Shown: positions 9,905-18,799 of the stretch, in pieces
Numbering within the stretch: position 1 is the stretch's first letter
Layout of the letters: each line of letters opens with the position of its first letter
From: an uncultured Bacilli bacterium
GTDB lineage: Bacteria; Bacillota_I; Bacilli_A; RF39; UBA660
Direction of reading: 5' to 3'
Assembly (NCBI GenBank): GCA_934102215.1
Contig: CAKOSH010000001.1
Coordinates: 78,777 to 142,776 of the forward strand
Length of the DNA: 64,000 nucleotides
Position numbers and translations under genes: made by a program
The notes under the pieces: model-generated
Told to the model about the DNA's origin: nothing
Seen by the model: the letters and a program-made list of their open reading frames with translations, nothing else
Database searches by the model: none

Positions 9905-12058
9905 TTATCTTCTACTATTCCATTCAACTAAAAAATTTCTATCTTCTCTTTCTTTATTATTTTCATAATATAAAGATTCTTTATCATAATCATCATCACC
10001 ATACAATGCATTATAATTTGGATTAAATAATCTATCAAATTTTTGCAAGTAATATGGCGTTGTACTTTTTATTCTTTCACGTACTTTTTCTAATAATTTG
10101 CCCATTTCATACATAGTAGGTGGAAATTTACTATGTATTCTATTATGGCAATTTCCGCATAAACATACAGTATTGTAAACATTATCTATTCCACCAGCTG
10201 ATAAAGGAATAATATGATGCGTTTCAAAATTTCTAGTATCAAAGCTCATAAATTCATCACACATATCACAATGCATCGCTCCATGTTCATCTTTAGTTCT
10301 AAGTTTCGTAAAAAGCGAAACTTTTGGATTTCTAGTACCTGTTGAAGTAACTGATGAATCATTAATAGCTAAAAAATCATTTGATTCTTTTACTTCATCA
10401 ATAATTTTTTCTTCTTCATCATCTAATAATTCTTTAGCGCATTCAGATGAAACACTACTTCTTATTTCTTCATCAATCTCTTCATATCTTTGTTTTCTTT
10501 CAATTTCTTTTTCTTTTATTTCTTCTTGTAAATATTCACTACCTCTATATTTTTCTTTCAACGTTTCTAAATCATTATCACTAATAGGTAAAGATACATC
10601 TTTAACACTTTCTAAAACGCTTATTTCATCATTTGTTATTTCATGATTATTAATATACATTTTTGCTATATCTTTCCAATTTGTCTTTCTATGACTGATA
10701 CATCTTACTCCCAAAATATTTCTAACTTCATACAAATCTTTAATATTATCATTTTTTAAAATAGTTAAATAAACCATAATTGGCATTACATACATCAAAC
10801 CATATTCACCATTAATTTTATCTAATGCAACCATTCCATTTTCATAATAAAGTACATGAAAATTTTTAAACTTGCCTGCTCCTTCTTGAACTTTAAAAGG
10901 TTGTAAATAATGTAAAAAAGTATCAACTCTTTCTATAAAAGATTTTAATTTTAATTGTCTTTCCTTATTATTAGAAGTCTTTAATTCCTGTAAAGCATTA
11001 TTTTTTAAATCAACTAAATTTACGTCTTCTAGTCCCATTTCTGATGAGGCTTTTAAGGCACTTTGAATTAAAGAACTTATTTTTTCATACACATCTTGAA
11101 TATTTCTATTCTCAAAATCTTTATTTGAATATTTTAATAAAACTTCTACATTTTTATGTATATATTCATGTTTTGAAAACTTATCAATAAGCGACAAAGG
11201 TAATTTTAAATCAACTCTTTTATAAAATACTCTAGAGAGACTATCATCATTTTCTTTTGGAGAAAGTTCCCAAAACTCCACATCATTTATATAAACATTT
11301 TTATTCTTAATAGATTCAACTAATTCAATGGAATTTCTAATTAAAATGCTTCTATAAGGATCATTTAAAGCAACAGCTAAATTTAAAAATTGAATAGCAA
11401 AAAAGAGTTTTGTTTTATCTTCATTAATTTGAGAAAAAAGTGAAAATGATAATGGTTTAGTTAACTCACTAATAAAAGTTTCGAGCCACATTCGTAATCT
11501 TGAAATTCGTTCAATATCTAATTTCATTTCTGTTTGAAGAAAATTATTCCAATGCAAAATTGATACTATATCATTATCTTTAACACGATCATTATAACCC
11601 ATCATGTAACTTTCATATAGACTATTAGAAATTTGTTTTAGCTGTGATACTTCGGTAACATTACGCATTTCATTGATTTTATCTCTTAAAAAATCTTTAA
11701 GTTTTTGAAGTTCGGCATTTAATTTTTCTTTTTCTTCAAGAGCAAAGTTTACATCATTACTATATTCATAATCACTATTAAAATATTTATATATTGACTG
11801 AATAATTGTATATTCATCCATTGCTATTATTTTTTGTCCATCTTTAAATTTTATAGTAAAATCCATTGAAATGCCAAGATTTAAAGATTCATCTAAACCA
11901 ATACTATCAGTGACTTTATTAAACATTTTTATAATAGTCAAATACAAATTATCATATGCATCACGATTTAGCAAAGACCTTAAAGTTTTTAATGATATTT
12001 CAAATCCAATATCATTAGGTAAACCAAGATTATTTAGTATTTCATCCATATCTATCAC
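9905..12058 (-). CDS. large HNH-endonuclease-domain protein with an uncharacterised ~580-aa N-terminal region
   Basis: C-terminal classic HNH motif HCDMCDEFMSFDTRNFETHHIIPLSAGGIDNVYNTVCLCGNCHNRIHS (C-x2-C…HH…N…C-x2-C-H…H); no Walker A/B motifs in the N-terminal part; acidic linker (LDDEEEKIIDEVKE) before the HNH. Confidence 0.7.
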   Translation of the reverse strand: MIDMDEILNNLGLPNDIGFEISLKTLRSLLNRDAYDNLYLTIIKMFNKVTDSIGLDESLNLGISMDFTIKFKDGQKIIAMDEYTIIQSIYKYFNSDYEYSNDVNFALEEKEKLNAELQKLKDFLRDKINEMRNVTEVSQLKQISNSLYESYMMGYNDRVKDNDIVSILHWNNFLQTEMKLDIERISRLRMWLETFISELTKPLSFSLFSQINEDKTKLFFAIQFLNLAVALNDPYRSILIRNSIELVESIKNKNVYINDVEFWELSPKENDDSLSRVFYKRVDLKLPLSLIDKFSKHEYIHKNVEVLLKYSNKDFENRNIQDVYEKISSLIQSALKASSEMGLEDVNLVDLKNNALQELKTSNNKERQLKLKSFIERVDTFLHYLQPFKVQEGAGKFKNFHVLYYENGMVALDKINGEYGLMYVMPIMVYLTILKNDNIKDLYEVRNILGVRCISHRKTNWKDIAKMYINNHEITNDEISVLESVKDVSLPISDNDLETLKEKYRGSEYLQEEIKEKEIERKQRYEEIDEEIRSSVSSECAKELLDDEEEKIIDEVKESNDFLAINDSSVTSTGTRNPKVSLFTKLRTKDEHGAMHCDMCDEFMSFDTRNFETHHIIPLSAGGIDNVYNTVCLCGNCHNRIHSKFPPTMYEMGKLLEKVRERIKSTTPYYLQKFDRLFNPNYNALYGDDDYDKESLYYENNKEREDRNFLVEWNSRR

Positions 12059-12184
12059 CTATATAATATAATTATAACATTTCTTTAATGCATAATCTAT
12101 TTATTTTAACTGTAAAATATAGAAGTAGAAATAAAAATATTATCAATTAATTTTATCACTTTTTTACCATAATTATTTTTTTGT

Positions 12185-12214
12185 ATTAAAAAATCGAACT
12201 AAAAAGTTCGACTA
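12185..12214 (-). terminator. Rho-independent terminator (likely the original tRNA-Gly terminator displaced by insertion)
   Basis: Minus-strand GTCGAACT-TTTT-AGTTCGAT hairpin (7/8 bp) followed by TTTTTT; lies immediately distal to the repeated tRNA 3' end. Confidence 0.4.
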
Positions 12215-12218
12215 AATA

Positions 12219-12235
12219 ATCAATCTGGAGCGAGT
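12219..12235. repeat. 17-bp direct repeat of the tRNA-Gly 3' end (att-like, distal copy)
   Basis: ATCAATCTGGAGCGAGT matches 13802..13818 (ATCAATCTGGAGCAAGT) at 16/17 positions; covers the last 10 nt of the tRNA (CCA + discriminator + acceptor 3' strand) plus 7 nt of flank. Confidence 0.6.
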
Positions 12236-12380
12236 GTCGTAGTTATCTACAACTTTTTTCTAATAACGAAAGAATACATATCATATTCCGTTGCTAGATA
12301 TAATATACCACGTTTTAAGTATTTATGGAATAGATTTTTGTTAATTTTACAATCTTTCGCATAAATTTGTTGTTTCTATC

Positions 12381-12866
12381 TTATAAGTTGTTTGCCCATT
12401 TCTCTAATAATTTTAAACTTTCTTCGTTTTCTTTATCTAATTCTACCAATGATTTAAACTCAATATTTGGGCCGTCTTTTAATATTTTTAAATTATAATA
12501 TAAGTCCTTACCTATAAGTTTAAAACCATTTGGTAAATTTTTAAATTCATAATTTTTTTTAAAAATTATTATTGTTGATTCAAAATCATTCATATCAATT
12601 ATTTTCCTTATCTTTTCAGTTGTATATTCATTAACTTCTATCAATTTTTCTTCTATTAAATTATGTATTATATTAGAAATCATAAATGGTTTAGATAAAG
12701 TCGCTTTGCAACACGATTCAGTATAATAGCCTTTTTTATTTAATATTGATATGATTTTCCCTAATTTTTTACTAACAATAAAACTATTTTCTATTTCTGT
12801 AATTTCAAATGTTGTAGCATTTATACAAATATTATTTTCGCCTTTCATTTTAAACCACCTCGACAA
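12381..12866 (-). CDS. hypothetical protein (161 aa) inside the repeat-bounded element
   Basis: ORF with no motif I recognise; lies between the two direct repeats. Confidence 0.4.
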   Translation of the reverse strand: MSRWFKMKGENNICINATTFEITEIENSFIVSKKLGKIISILNKKGYYTESCCKATLSKPFMISNIIHNLIEEKLIEVNEYTTEKIRKIIDMNDFESTIIIFKKNYEFKNLPNGFKLIGKDLYYNLKILKDGPNIEFKSLVELDKENEESLKLLEKWANNL

Positions 12867-13171
12867 ATTACTATTTATCTGTCACTTATATATATAATTA
12901 TACCATTTTTTTGGCAAATTTTATCATCAATTTGCAACATCCAAGATACACCCAACATTTTTAGTATATATCCAAAATATGGATTTTATGTAATGTTTGT
13001 TTTCCCCTTTATTTATAAGGATTTAAAAAGGAGTATGGTTGAATTCTTCCATATTTTTAACCTAATTTTGCAAGTGCAAAATAAGAAATGATATCACTAT
13101 AATTCCTTTGATTATAAAGGATAATTTAGTTTAGTGCTATCATTCTCTTTATCCTGCTTAATATTTATTTA

Positions 13172-13710
13172 TTATTTTTCATTAATTATCTCTTTAATAG
13201 TAGATCTAAATACTAATCCAAATGTTATATCTTTGACTTTAAATAAATTTAAATCTATTATACGTATCACTTTCAACAATTCATAATTATCTGGTATTGC
13301 AGAATCAAATACTGTCATACCATTTTCAGTTCTATCTCCTTTATCTTCACGATATTCAATTTCAAAATATTCTCTTAAATAACCCAAATATTTAGTTACT
13401 TGTTTTCTTTTCATTGGAGAAGATACTAAAATCATTTCTTGTTTATGATTAACTTCAAATGGTAATTTATAATTATAAGCACCAACTTGTGTTAATTTAA
13501 CTGCTTAATCAATAAAACTACTTCTAAAGTTTATTTGCTTGATATCTAAACTACCTGTATTAGTTTTATCAATCACAATTTTATCTATATATTTTGATAT
13601 AAATTGTTGCTTTTCTGTTACTATTCACTTTTTGGACTGTGAATAATAACAATTAATACCTTTCCTTTTAATTCTTCACTTATTTTAAGTTCTTTAGTTT
13701 CTATTGTCAT
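13172..13710 (-). pseudogene. disrupted ORF (one frameshift plus one in-frame TAA) inside the repeat-bounded element
   Basis: Minus-strand translation from ATG 13710 (RBS GGAAAG) gives MTIETKELKISEELKGKVLIVIIHSPKSE, then a frame change to TEKQQFISKYIDKIVIDKTNTGSLDIKQINFRSSFID, then TAA, then in frame AVKLTQVGAYNYKLPFEVNHKQEMILVSSPMKRKQ… (the 87-aa track ORF 13172..13435 is its C-terminal piece). Confidence 0.4.
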
Positions 13711-13801
13711 AACTTAATCACTTTCCTTTCTTAAATAACAAAAAAACTAACTATTTCTAGTTAGCATTTATTACTCTCAGAAGTTAATTTCCGAGTTTCC
13801 T

Positions 13802-13818
13802 ATCAATCTGGAGCAAGT
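13802..13818. repeat. 17-bp direct repeat (proximal copy, overlapping the tRNA-Gly 3' end)
   Basis: See 12219..12235. Confidence 0.6.
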
Positions 13819-13883
13819 AATCGGAATCGAACCGACATCTTAGCCTTGGCAAGGCCACATTCTAACCGTTGAACTATACCTGC
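13809..13883 (-). tRNA. tRNA-Gly (anticodon GCC)
   Basis: Reverse complement GCAGGTATAGTTCAACGGTTAGAATGTGGCCTTGCCAAGGCTAAGATGTCGGTTCGATTCCGATTACTTGCTCCA folds as a 75-nt cloverleaf: 7-bp acceptor, D arm, anticodon loop TTGCCAA, T-loop TTCGATT, discriminator T, encoded CCA. Confidence 0.85.
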
Positions 13884-13969
13884 ATTGCATAAAGTATTTT
13901 AACAATTTTTTAATACTTTTGCAATAGTTTTTCAAAAATTTGCAATTAAAAAAGTAAACACAATCGTAT

Positions 13970-14602
13970 CTACTTTAAATCACTAACTGACATTGTATAT
14001 AAATTTTCTGGATCAATTGCATTATCTTTATAGTAAACCTCAAAGTGTAATAATGATTTAACATTAGTATCAACCTTATAAGAAGTAGTTGATGCAAAAA
14101 TTTCACCTTGACTAATCTTATATCCAACATTAACAAGAACATCCTTAACATTAGAATAAACTGATTTTAAGTTATCATTATGTTTGATTGTAACCACTTT
14201 ACCATAAATAACATTATCTTCAATACTAATTACTTCTCCATCTAATATAGATACAACATCAAAATCTTCTTCATTAGAATAATCTACTCCATTATTTTGC
14301 ATATAAGTATTTTCATAATAAATTAATGAATTAAGTTGTTTTTTAGTATCACTTTCAAAGTCATAAAAATATGAATATACTTTTACTTTATCATTTGTAT
14401 AAGGTTTAATTATCATATTGCTTTCATTTTTAGAAACGGGAATTGTATCTTTAACAAACACCTTATCTAAAGTATAATCATAATCTTTACGTTCACTTAT
14501 AAAATTTTTAACACCTGATACTACAAGTAAACAACTCACAACCATTACTCCAATAACCCCAACATAAATAGATGGAATAATTATTTTAGAATATTTTTTC
14601 AT
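13970..14602 (-). CDS. spoIIQ: membrane-anchored degenerate LytM (M23) domain protein, SpoIIQ-like
   Basis: N-terminal TM (IIIPSIYVGVIGVMVVSCLLVVSG) plus M23-like domain GKVVTIKHNDNLKSVYSNV…SLLHFEVYY with the first His of HxH replaced by Leu; directly adjacent to spoIID as in Clostridioides difficile. Confidence 0.55.
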   Translation of the reverse strand: MKKYSKIIIPSIYVGVIGVMVVSCLLVVSGVKNFISERKDYDYTLDKVFVKDTIPVSKNESNMIIKPYTNDKVKVYSYFYDFESDTKKQLNSLIYYENTYMQNNGVDYSNEEDFDVVSILDGEVISIEDNVIYGKVVTIKHNDNLKSVYSNVKDVLVNVGYKISQGEIFASTTSYKVDTNVKSLLHFEVYYKDNAIDPENLYTMSVSDLK

Positions 14603-14636
14603 ATTTCACTCTCCTAATAATAGAGTGAACATATTT

Positions 14637-15632
14637 TTATAATTTATTCGTAATTTTGATTCCAGTATAATAATGTTTTAATATATCATCATATTTATAA
14701 CCATCCTGAGCCATATAATTAGCACCATATTGACTCATACCAACACCATGTCCATAACCAACAGTATGTATATATACATAATCATTATCATATTTAATTT
14801 CAATATCAGTTGATTTCAAATTAAGTAAACTTCTAAACTTAGTCCCTTTGTAACTTTTTCCATTTATCTTAATATTATTTATCCTGTTAGTTTTACTTCT
14901 ATCGATTTTAATATTAGTTATTTTATTATCATTAATATTTAATTTTTTCAAAAAATCAGATACTTTCATTTTGATATCTTTCTCATTACTAGAATTCTTT
15001 TTATCCCAAGATGAATTTACACTTACAAGATAATCTAATTTTTGACTAAAAACATTTTCTACATTTTCTGTTTTACCATTTGATATAGAAAAATAAAAAG
15101 CAATAATAACTTTATCATTATAAGTCATATATTCACCTTTAGTATCATTAACCGCATTACTTATCTTTTTATAATATTTATCAAAATTATTTTTCCATTT
15201 ACTTTTCATTGTATTTATATCTATATAACATTGATCATCAGTAGTAGTTTTAAGTGTTTTACTTCTTTCTCTTTTATATAACGCATATGTTCTAGCCGCA
15301 ACTGACATTGCTTTTAAAGCTTCAATGTCAAAAGAAGCAGGCATTTCACACGATACAACACCCACAATATAATCTTCAAGTGATAATTCAGTTTTTTCAT
15401 TATTAATAAGTGCACTAACATAAATAGTGTTATCTTTATTATTAGAATCTTTTCTATTATCAAGATTATTTTTATCACCAACACTATTTTCAATAATATT
15501 ATTTTTAGAAACATTATCTCCACTAATAACTTCATTATCTAAAGAAGTTCTATCATCAAGAATAGCTTTATCTTTATAACTGAATATCAAAATAACAAAC
15601 ATAATAAAAAATACTATGAATTTCTTTTTCAT
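14637..15632 (-). CDS. spoIID: stage II sporulation protein D (SpoIID/LytB family lytic transglycosylase)
   Basis: SpoIID domain motifs EDYIVGVVSCEMPASF…EALKAMSVAARTYAL and HGVGMSQYGANYMAQDGYKYDDILKHYY; N-terminal signal/TM. Confidence 0.8.
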   Translation of the reverse strand: MKKKFIVFFIMFVILIFSYKDKAILDDRTSLDNEVISGDNVSKNNIIENSVGDKNNLDNRKDSNNKDNTIYVSALINNEKTELSLEDYIVGVVSCEMPASFDIEALKAMSVAARTYALYKRERSKTLKTTTDDQCYIDINTMKSKWKNNFDKYYKKISNAVNDTKGEYMTYNDKVIIAFYFSISNGKTENVENVFSQKLDYLVSVNSSWDKKNSSNEKDIKMKVSDFLKKLNINDNKITNIKIDRSKTNRINNIKINGKSYKGTKFRSLLNLKSTDIEIKYDNDYVYIHTVGYGHGVGMSQYGANYMAQDGYKYDDILKHYYTGIKITNKL

Positions 15633-15649
15633 AGTATATTATATGAATA

Positions 15650-16093
15650 TTATTGATTTAATATTCTAGATTTTTCTTTTTCATATTCTTCTTTGGTAAG
15701 AATTTTTTCATCGTATAATTTTTTTACTTTTTCTAATTCTTCATATTTAGCATTATTAGTAGCATTCATATTATTAGTATTGTTATTATAATTCATATCG
15801 TTAGTATTAGTATTTATGCCTAATCCTTTTTCATATTTACCTATAGAATCAATATAGAATATTAAAAGTAAAATACCACTTAATTGACAAAAGAATAAAA
15901 ATACAATAGCCCAAATAAGTATCTTATCTTTTATAACTATAATTTGTTCATCTGTATAATCTGAATATTCTTTTATTTTAGCGCCGCCAATTATTAATGG
16001 AACTCCAACTATTGCACCTACAAGTGTTAAACACGCAAGTACTCCTACTACTATAGCAATGATACCAGATATTTTTAATAAACTTTTATCCAT
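15650..16093 (-). CDS. membrane protein with C-terminal SHOCT-like domain
   Basis: Two TM helices, Asn-rich linker and a C-terminal LYDEKILTKEEYEKEKSRIL segment resembling SHOCT. Confidence 0.45.
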   Translation of the reverse strand: MDKSLLKISGIIAIVVGVLACLTLVGAIVGVPLIIGGAKIKEYSDYTDEQIIVIKDKILIWAIVFLFFCQLSGILLLIFYIDSIGKYEKGLGINTNTNDMNYNNNTNNMNATNNAKYEELEKVKKLYDEKILTKEEYEKEKSRILNQ

Positions 16094-16094
16094 A

Positions 16095-16529
16095 TTATCT
16101 CCTTTCTATATTCATAATTTTATTAACACGTCTTAAATGTCTTTCTTCAGTAGATTCTTTTGTATTTATAAATGCATCTACTACATCAAATACATTTTCT
16201 GTATTTTCACCAATAGCCATCATATTTGCCATATTATGTTCACGAGATAATCTTGCTTCGTCACTATTAACAACTCTTGCACATCTTATACCATCTACTT
16301 TGTTAGCTGCTATACTCATTCCAATACCAGTTCCACATATAAGTATTCCTAAATCAACTTCCCTATCTTTAACAGCATCACTAAGTTTAACAGCATAGTC
16401 AACGTAATCACAACTATCTTCAGTATCTGTTCCATAATCTACACATGATATGTTCTTTTCATGTAGATAATTCATTATTTTTTTCTTTAAGTTTACACCT
16501 CTATGGTCATTAGCAATTCCAATTTTCAT
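16095..16529 (-). CDS. rpiB: ribose-5-phosphate isomerase B (RpiB/LacAB family)
   Basis: MKIGIANDHRG…GILICGTGIGMSIAANKVDGIRCA, 144 aa. Confidence 0.85.
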   Translation of the reverse strand: MKIGIANDHRGVNLKKKIMNYLHEKNISCVDYGTDTEDSCDYVDYAVKLSDAVKDREVDLGILICGTGIGMSIAANKVDGIRCARVVNSDEARLSREHNMANMMAIGENTENVFDVVDAFINTKESTEERHLRRVNKIMNIERR

Positions 16530-16532
16530 AAA

Positions 16533-17306
16533 TTATTTCTCCTCATTTACATCTTTTTTTACATTTTTATTGTTACTTTTTTTATTATTTTTTGTATCAT
16601 TTTTATCAACAACCTTAGCATCTTTAACTTTAGAAACTTTATGTTCTTTATTATTTGTTTCTTCAATAACAACATTATCATTTACTGTATCAACATTTAC
16701 TTCATCTTCACTTACAACACAAGTATGAGCAAGTAAATCATGGATACCACGTCCATCACTTCTAAACATAATGAATCCAAGTGAACCATAAACAAATATC
16801 ATATCGATAAGTTCAAGTATTCTACGAGCACTATAATAATTAGCTTGATTAAACTTATCAAGGAATATTATTGATAATATAGATATAATTATTTCATTAA
16901 TCAATAAACTTCTAACAAGTATTTGTGTAAATGTAGGTTTATCACCCTTAACAGATTTTACTTTTATTTTCATAAATTTCTTACCAATGGTTTGTCCTTT
17001 ATTAAAATATTGAAATACTACAAAATATCCAAAAGTAATAACAACACTTACTATTGAAACAGGTATTTGTAATTTAGCAAGCTCATAACCATAATTTTGA
17101 ATTCTCTCATCATCTAACAGCTTAGAAACATCAGCATTTTCTTTGGTAAGAGTTTCAACATATTTTTCATAATCTGCTTGAACTTTATTGATTTCATCTA
17201 AATTAGGATTCAATATTTCAACTTTAGCAAATAAGAATAATATAAATGATACAACTGCTGTATCTATAATATAAGCACATATTCTTTTAAATACTGGTCT
17301 ATTCAT
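16533..17306 (-). CDS. RDD family membrane protein with Lys/Asn-rich C-terminal tail
   Basis: RDD-type N-terminus (RICAYIIDTAVVSFILF) and …FRSDGRGIHDLLAHTCVV; 3 TM helices. Confidence 0.65.
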   Translation of the reverse strand: MNRPVFKRICAYIIDTAVVSFILFLFAKVEILNPNLDEINKVQADYEKYVETLTKENADVSKLLDDERIQNYGYELAKLQIPVSIVSVVITFGYFVVFQYFNKGQTIGKKFMKIKVKSVKGDKPTFTQILVRSLLINEIIISILSIIFLDKFNQANYYSARRILELIDMIFVYGSLGFIMFRSDGRGIHDLLAHTCVVSEDEVNVDTVNDNVVIEETNNKEHKVSKVKDAKVVDKNDTKNNKKSNNKNVKKDVNEEK

Positions 17307-18768
17307 TATTTTCCTCCTTTACTTCCTTTACTTTCTTTGGTTTCTTATATAAGAATGATAATAAATTACTCTTCTTTTTAATCAAACCATCTATATTATA
17401 TTTTGAATTAATATTTTTGTAAATAGTATTAGCAAGATCATAAACAGTACCCTCATTAATTGAATAACTTGTTTTATTAAAATAATAATCATCTACAACA
17501 AGTGGTACTCTTACTGAAAAATTAACTTTACCTACTTCATGTTTAGAGTTATACATTTCTTTTTCTATACCATATAGTGATGATATAAATAAAGTTATTT
17601 TATTTTCTTGAACGAGTTTATCAAGTTCACCTATAACAACATCTATTTTAGATAATCTAGTAGCAATGTCATCTACAAGTTTACACGTATCTATTTCATA
17701 ATTAACTATAACAAGTTCACAATTAGAATTATTAATTACTTGTAACAACTGACTAGGTTCATATATAAATCCACTATCAGAAGCAACATATTTTAATGAT
17801 TCATCTACATTATTACGAAGACCAGTTAAATAATAGTTTATATATGGGCATTTTTCTTTTAAATCAATTACTAAACATTTAGCACCAATTGTCTTAAGAG
17901 CATTTAGTGCATAAGTGGAAGATACTGCATAATTATACATAAATGGTATCTTCTTATTACATTTAACTGGAAACAATGAATAATAATCAATCTTAGTTGT
18001 ATCAATTTGTCTATATTTTTGATTAACAAGTTCATCCATAAACTTATTAACATCAACATTTGAATAATTAAAGAACAAAACTTGATCTCCTGGATTAATC
18101 GCAAAACCTGTATTAACTGCAAAAGTTCTAGTACGATTAGGAATAGTTTTAGTTTGTTTTAATACATCTACTTTCTTAGTTAAATCTTTCCATTTTTCAC
18201 CAGCTTCAGTAACATAAGTTTTAATCATATCTCTAAATATCAATATATTATTTAAATTATTTTCACCAGTAACCATACCTATTTTAACAGTATTGCCAAG
18301 TTCATAGTTAAGTAATGTAAGACTTCTTTCAACACTTTTATATACAGTAAGTGACATTTGACATAGTATCAAATGCACATAAATCATATGGTTAGTATAA
18401 GTGACAAGTTCTTTTAAAAATGTTGATAATTGTGATATAGTTCTATCATTTTCCCAATAACAAAATATATGTAGTTTATTTTCACCAATGTTAGTCTTAC
18501 TTTCAATATATTTAAGTAATTGATTGGTTTTATAACTTCCATTTGCAATACTATTTTCAACAATACTATAAGTTAATGATTCATTTATACCTATACTAAA
18601 TTTTCTATAACCATCTTTATAATCTAAATCTTTACTAGCAAGAGAAACAAATAATTTTTCTTTAGTAAGTCTATCCATATTTGGCATTAATTTTTCATTA
18701 TAAATATTAACTGAATCTGATTGTTCAATACCAAATCCATTTATTAATAATAGTATATTTTTTTTCAT
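17299..18768 (-). CDS. alkaline-phosphatase-superfamily protein resembling 2,3-bisphosphoglycerate-independent phosphoglycerate mutase (divergent, possibly non-catalytic)
   Basis: N-terminus ILLLINGFGIEQSDS…KLMPNMDRL…LASKDLDYKDGY parallels iPGM ILDGWG…ANTPVMDRL…[22 protein letters not shown], but the catalytic Ser/metal-ligand segment reads RKFSIGI; 489 aa. Confidence 0.45.
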   Translation of the reverse strand: MKKNILLLINGFGIEQSDSVNIYNEKLMPNMDRLTKEKLFVSLASKDLDYKDGYRKFSIGINESLTYSIVENSIANGSYKTNQLLKYIESKTNIGENKLHIFCYWENDRTISQLSTFLKELVTYTNHMIYVHLILCQMSLTVYKSVERSLTLLNYELGNTVKIGMVTGENNLNNILIFRDMIKTYVTEAGEKWKDLTKKVDVLKQTKTIPNRTRTFAVNTGFAINPGDQVLFFNYSNVDVNKFMDELVNQKYRQIDTTKIDYYSLFPVKCNKKIPFMYNYAVSSTYALNALKTIGAKCLVIDLKEKCPYINYYLTGLRNNVDESLKYVASDSGFIYEPSQLLQVINNSNCELVIVNYEIDTCKLVDDIATRLSKIDVVIGELDKLVQENKITLFISSLYGIEKEMYNSKHEVGKVNFSVRVPLVVDDYYFNKTSYSINEGTVYDLANTIYKNINSKYNIDGLIKKKSNLLSFLYKKPKKVKEVKEENNE

Positions 18769-18799
18769 ATTCCTCCTTACTTATATATTTATTATATCA

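Noticed and set aside
9844-10026. 60-aa ORF with poly-His run
   Set aside because: Overlaps the 3' end of the HNH gene on the opposite strand. The poly-His arises from antisense of repeated ATGATG codons. No RBS.
13436-13800. Searched for an integrase next to the tRNA-Gly att site
   Set aside because: Translation in all frames gives only the short frameshifted ORF with no tyrosine- or serine-recombinase motifs, so no integrase is called.
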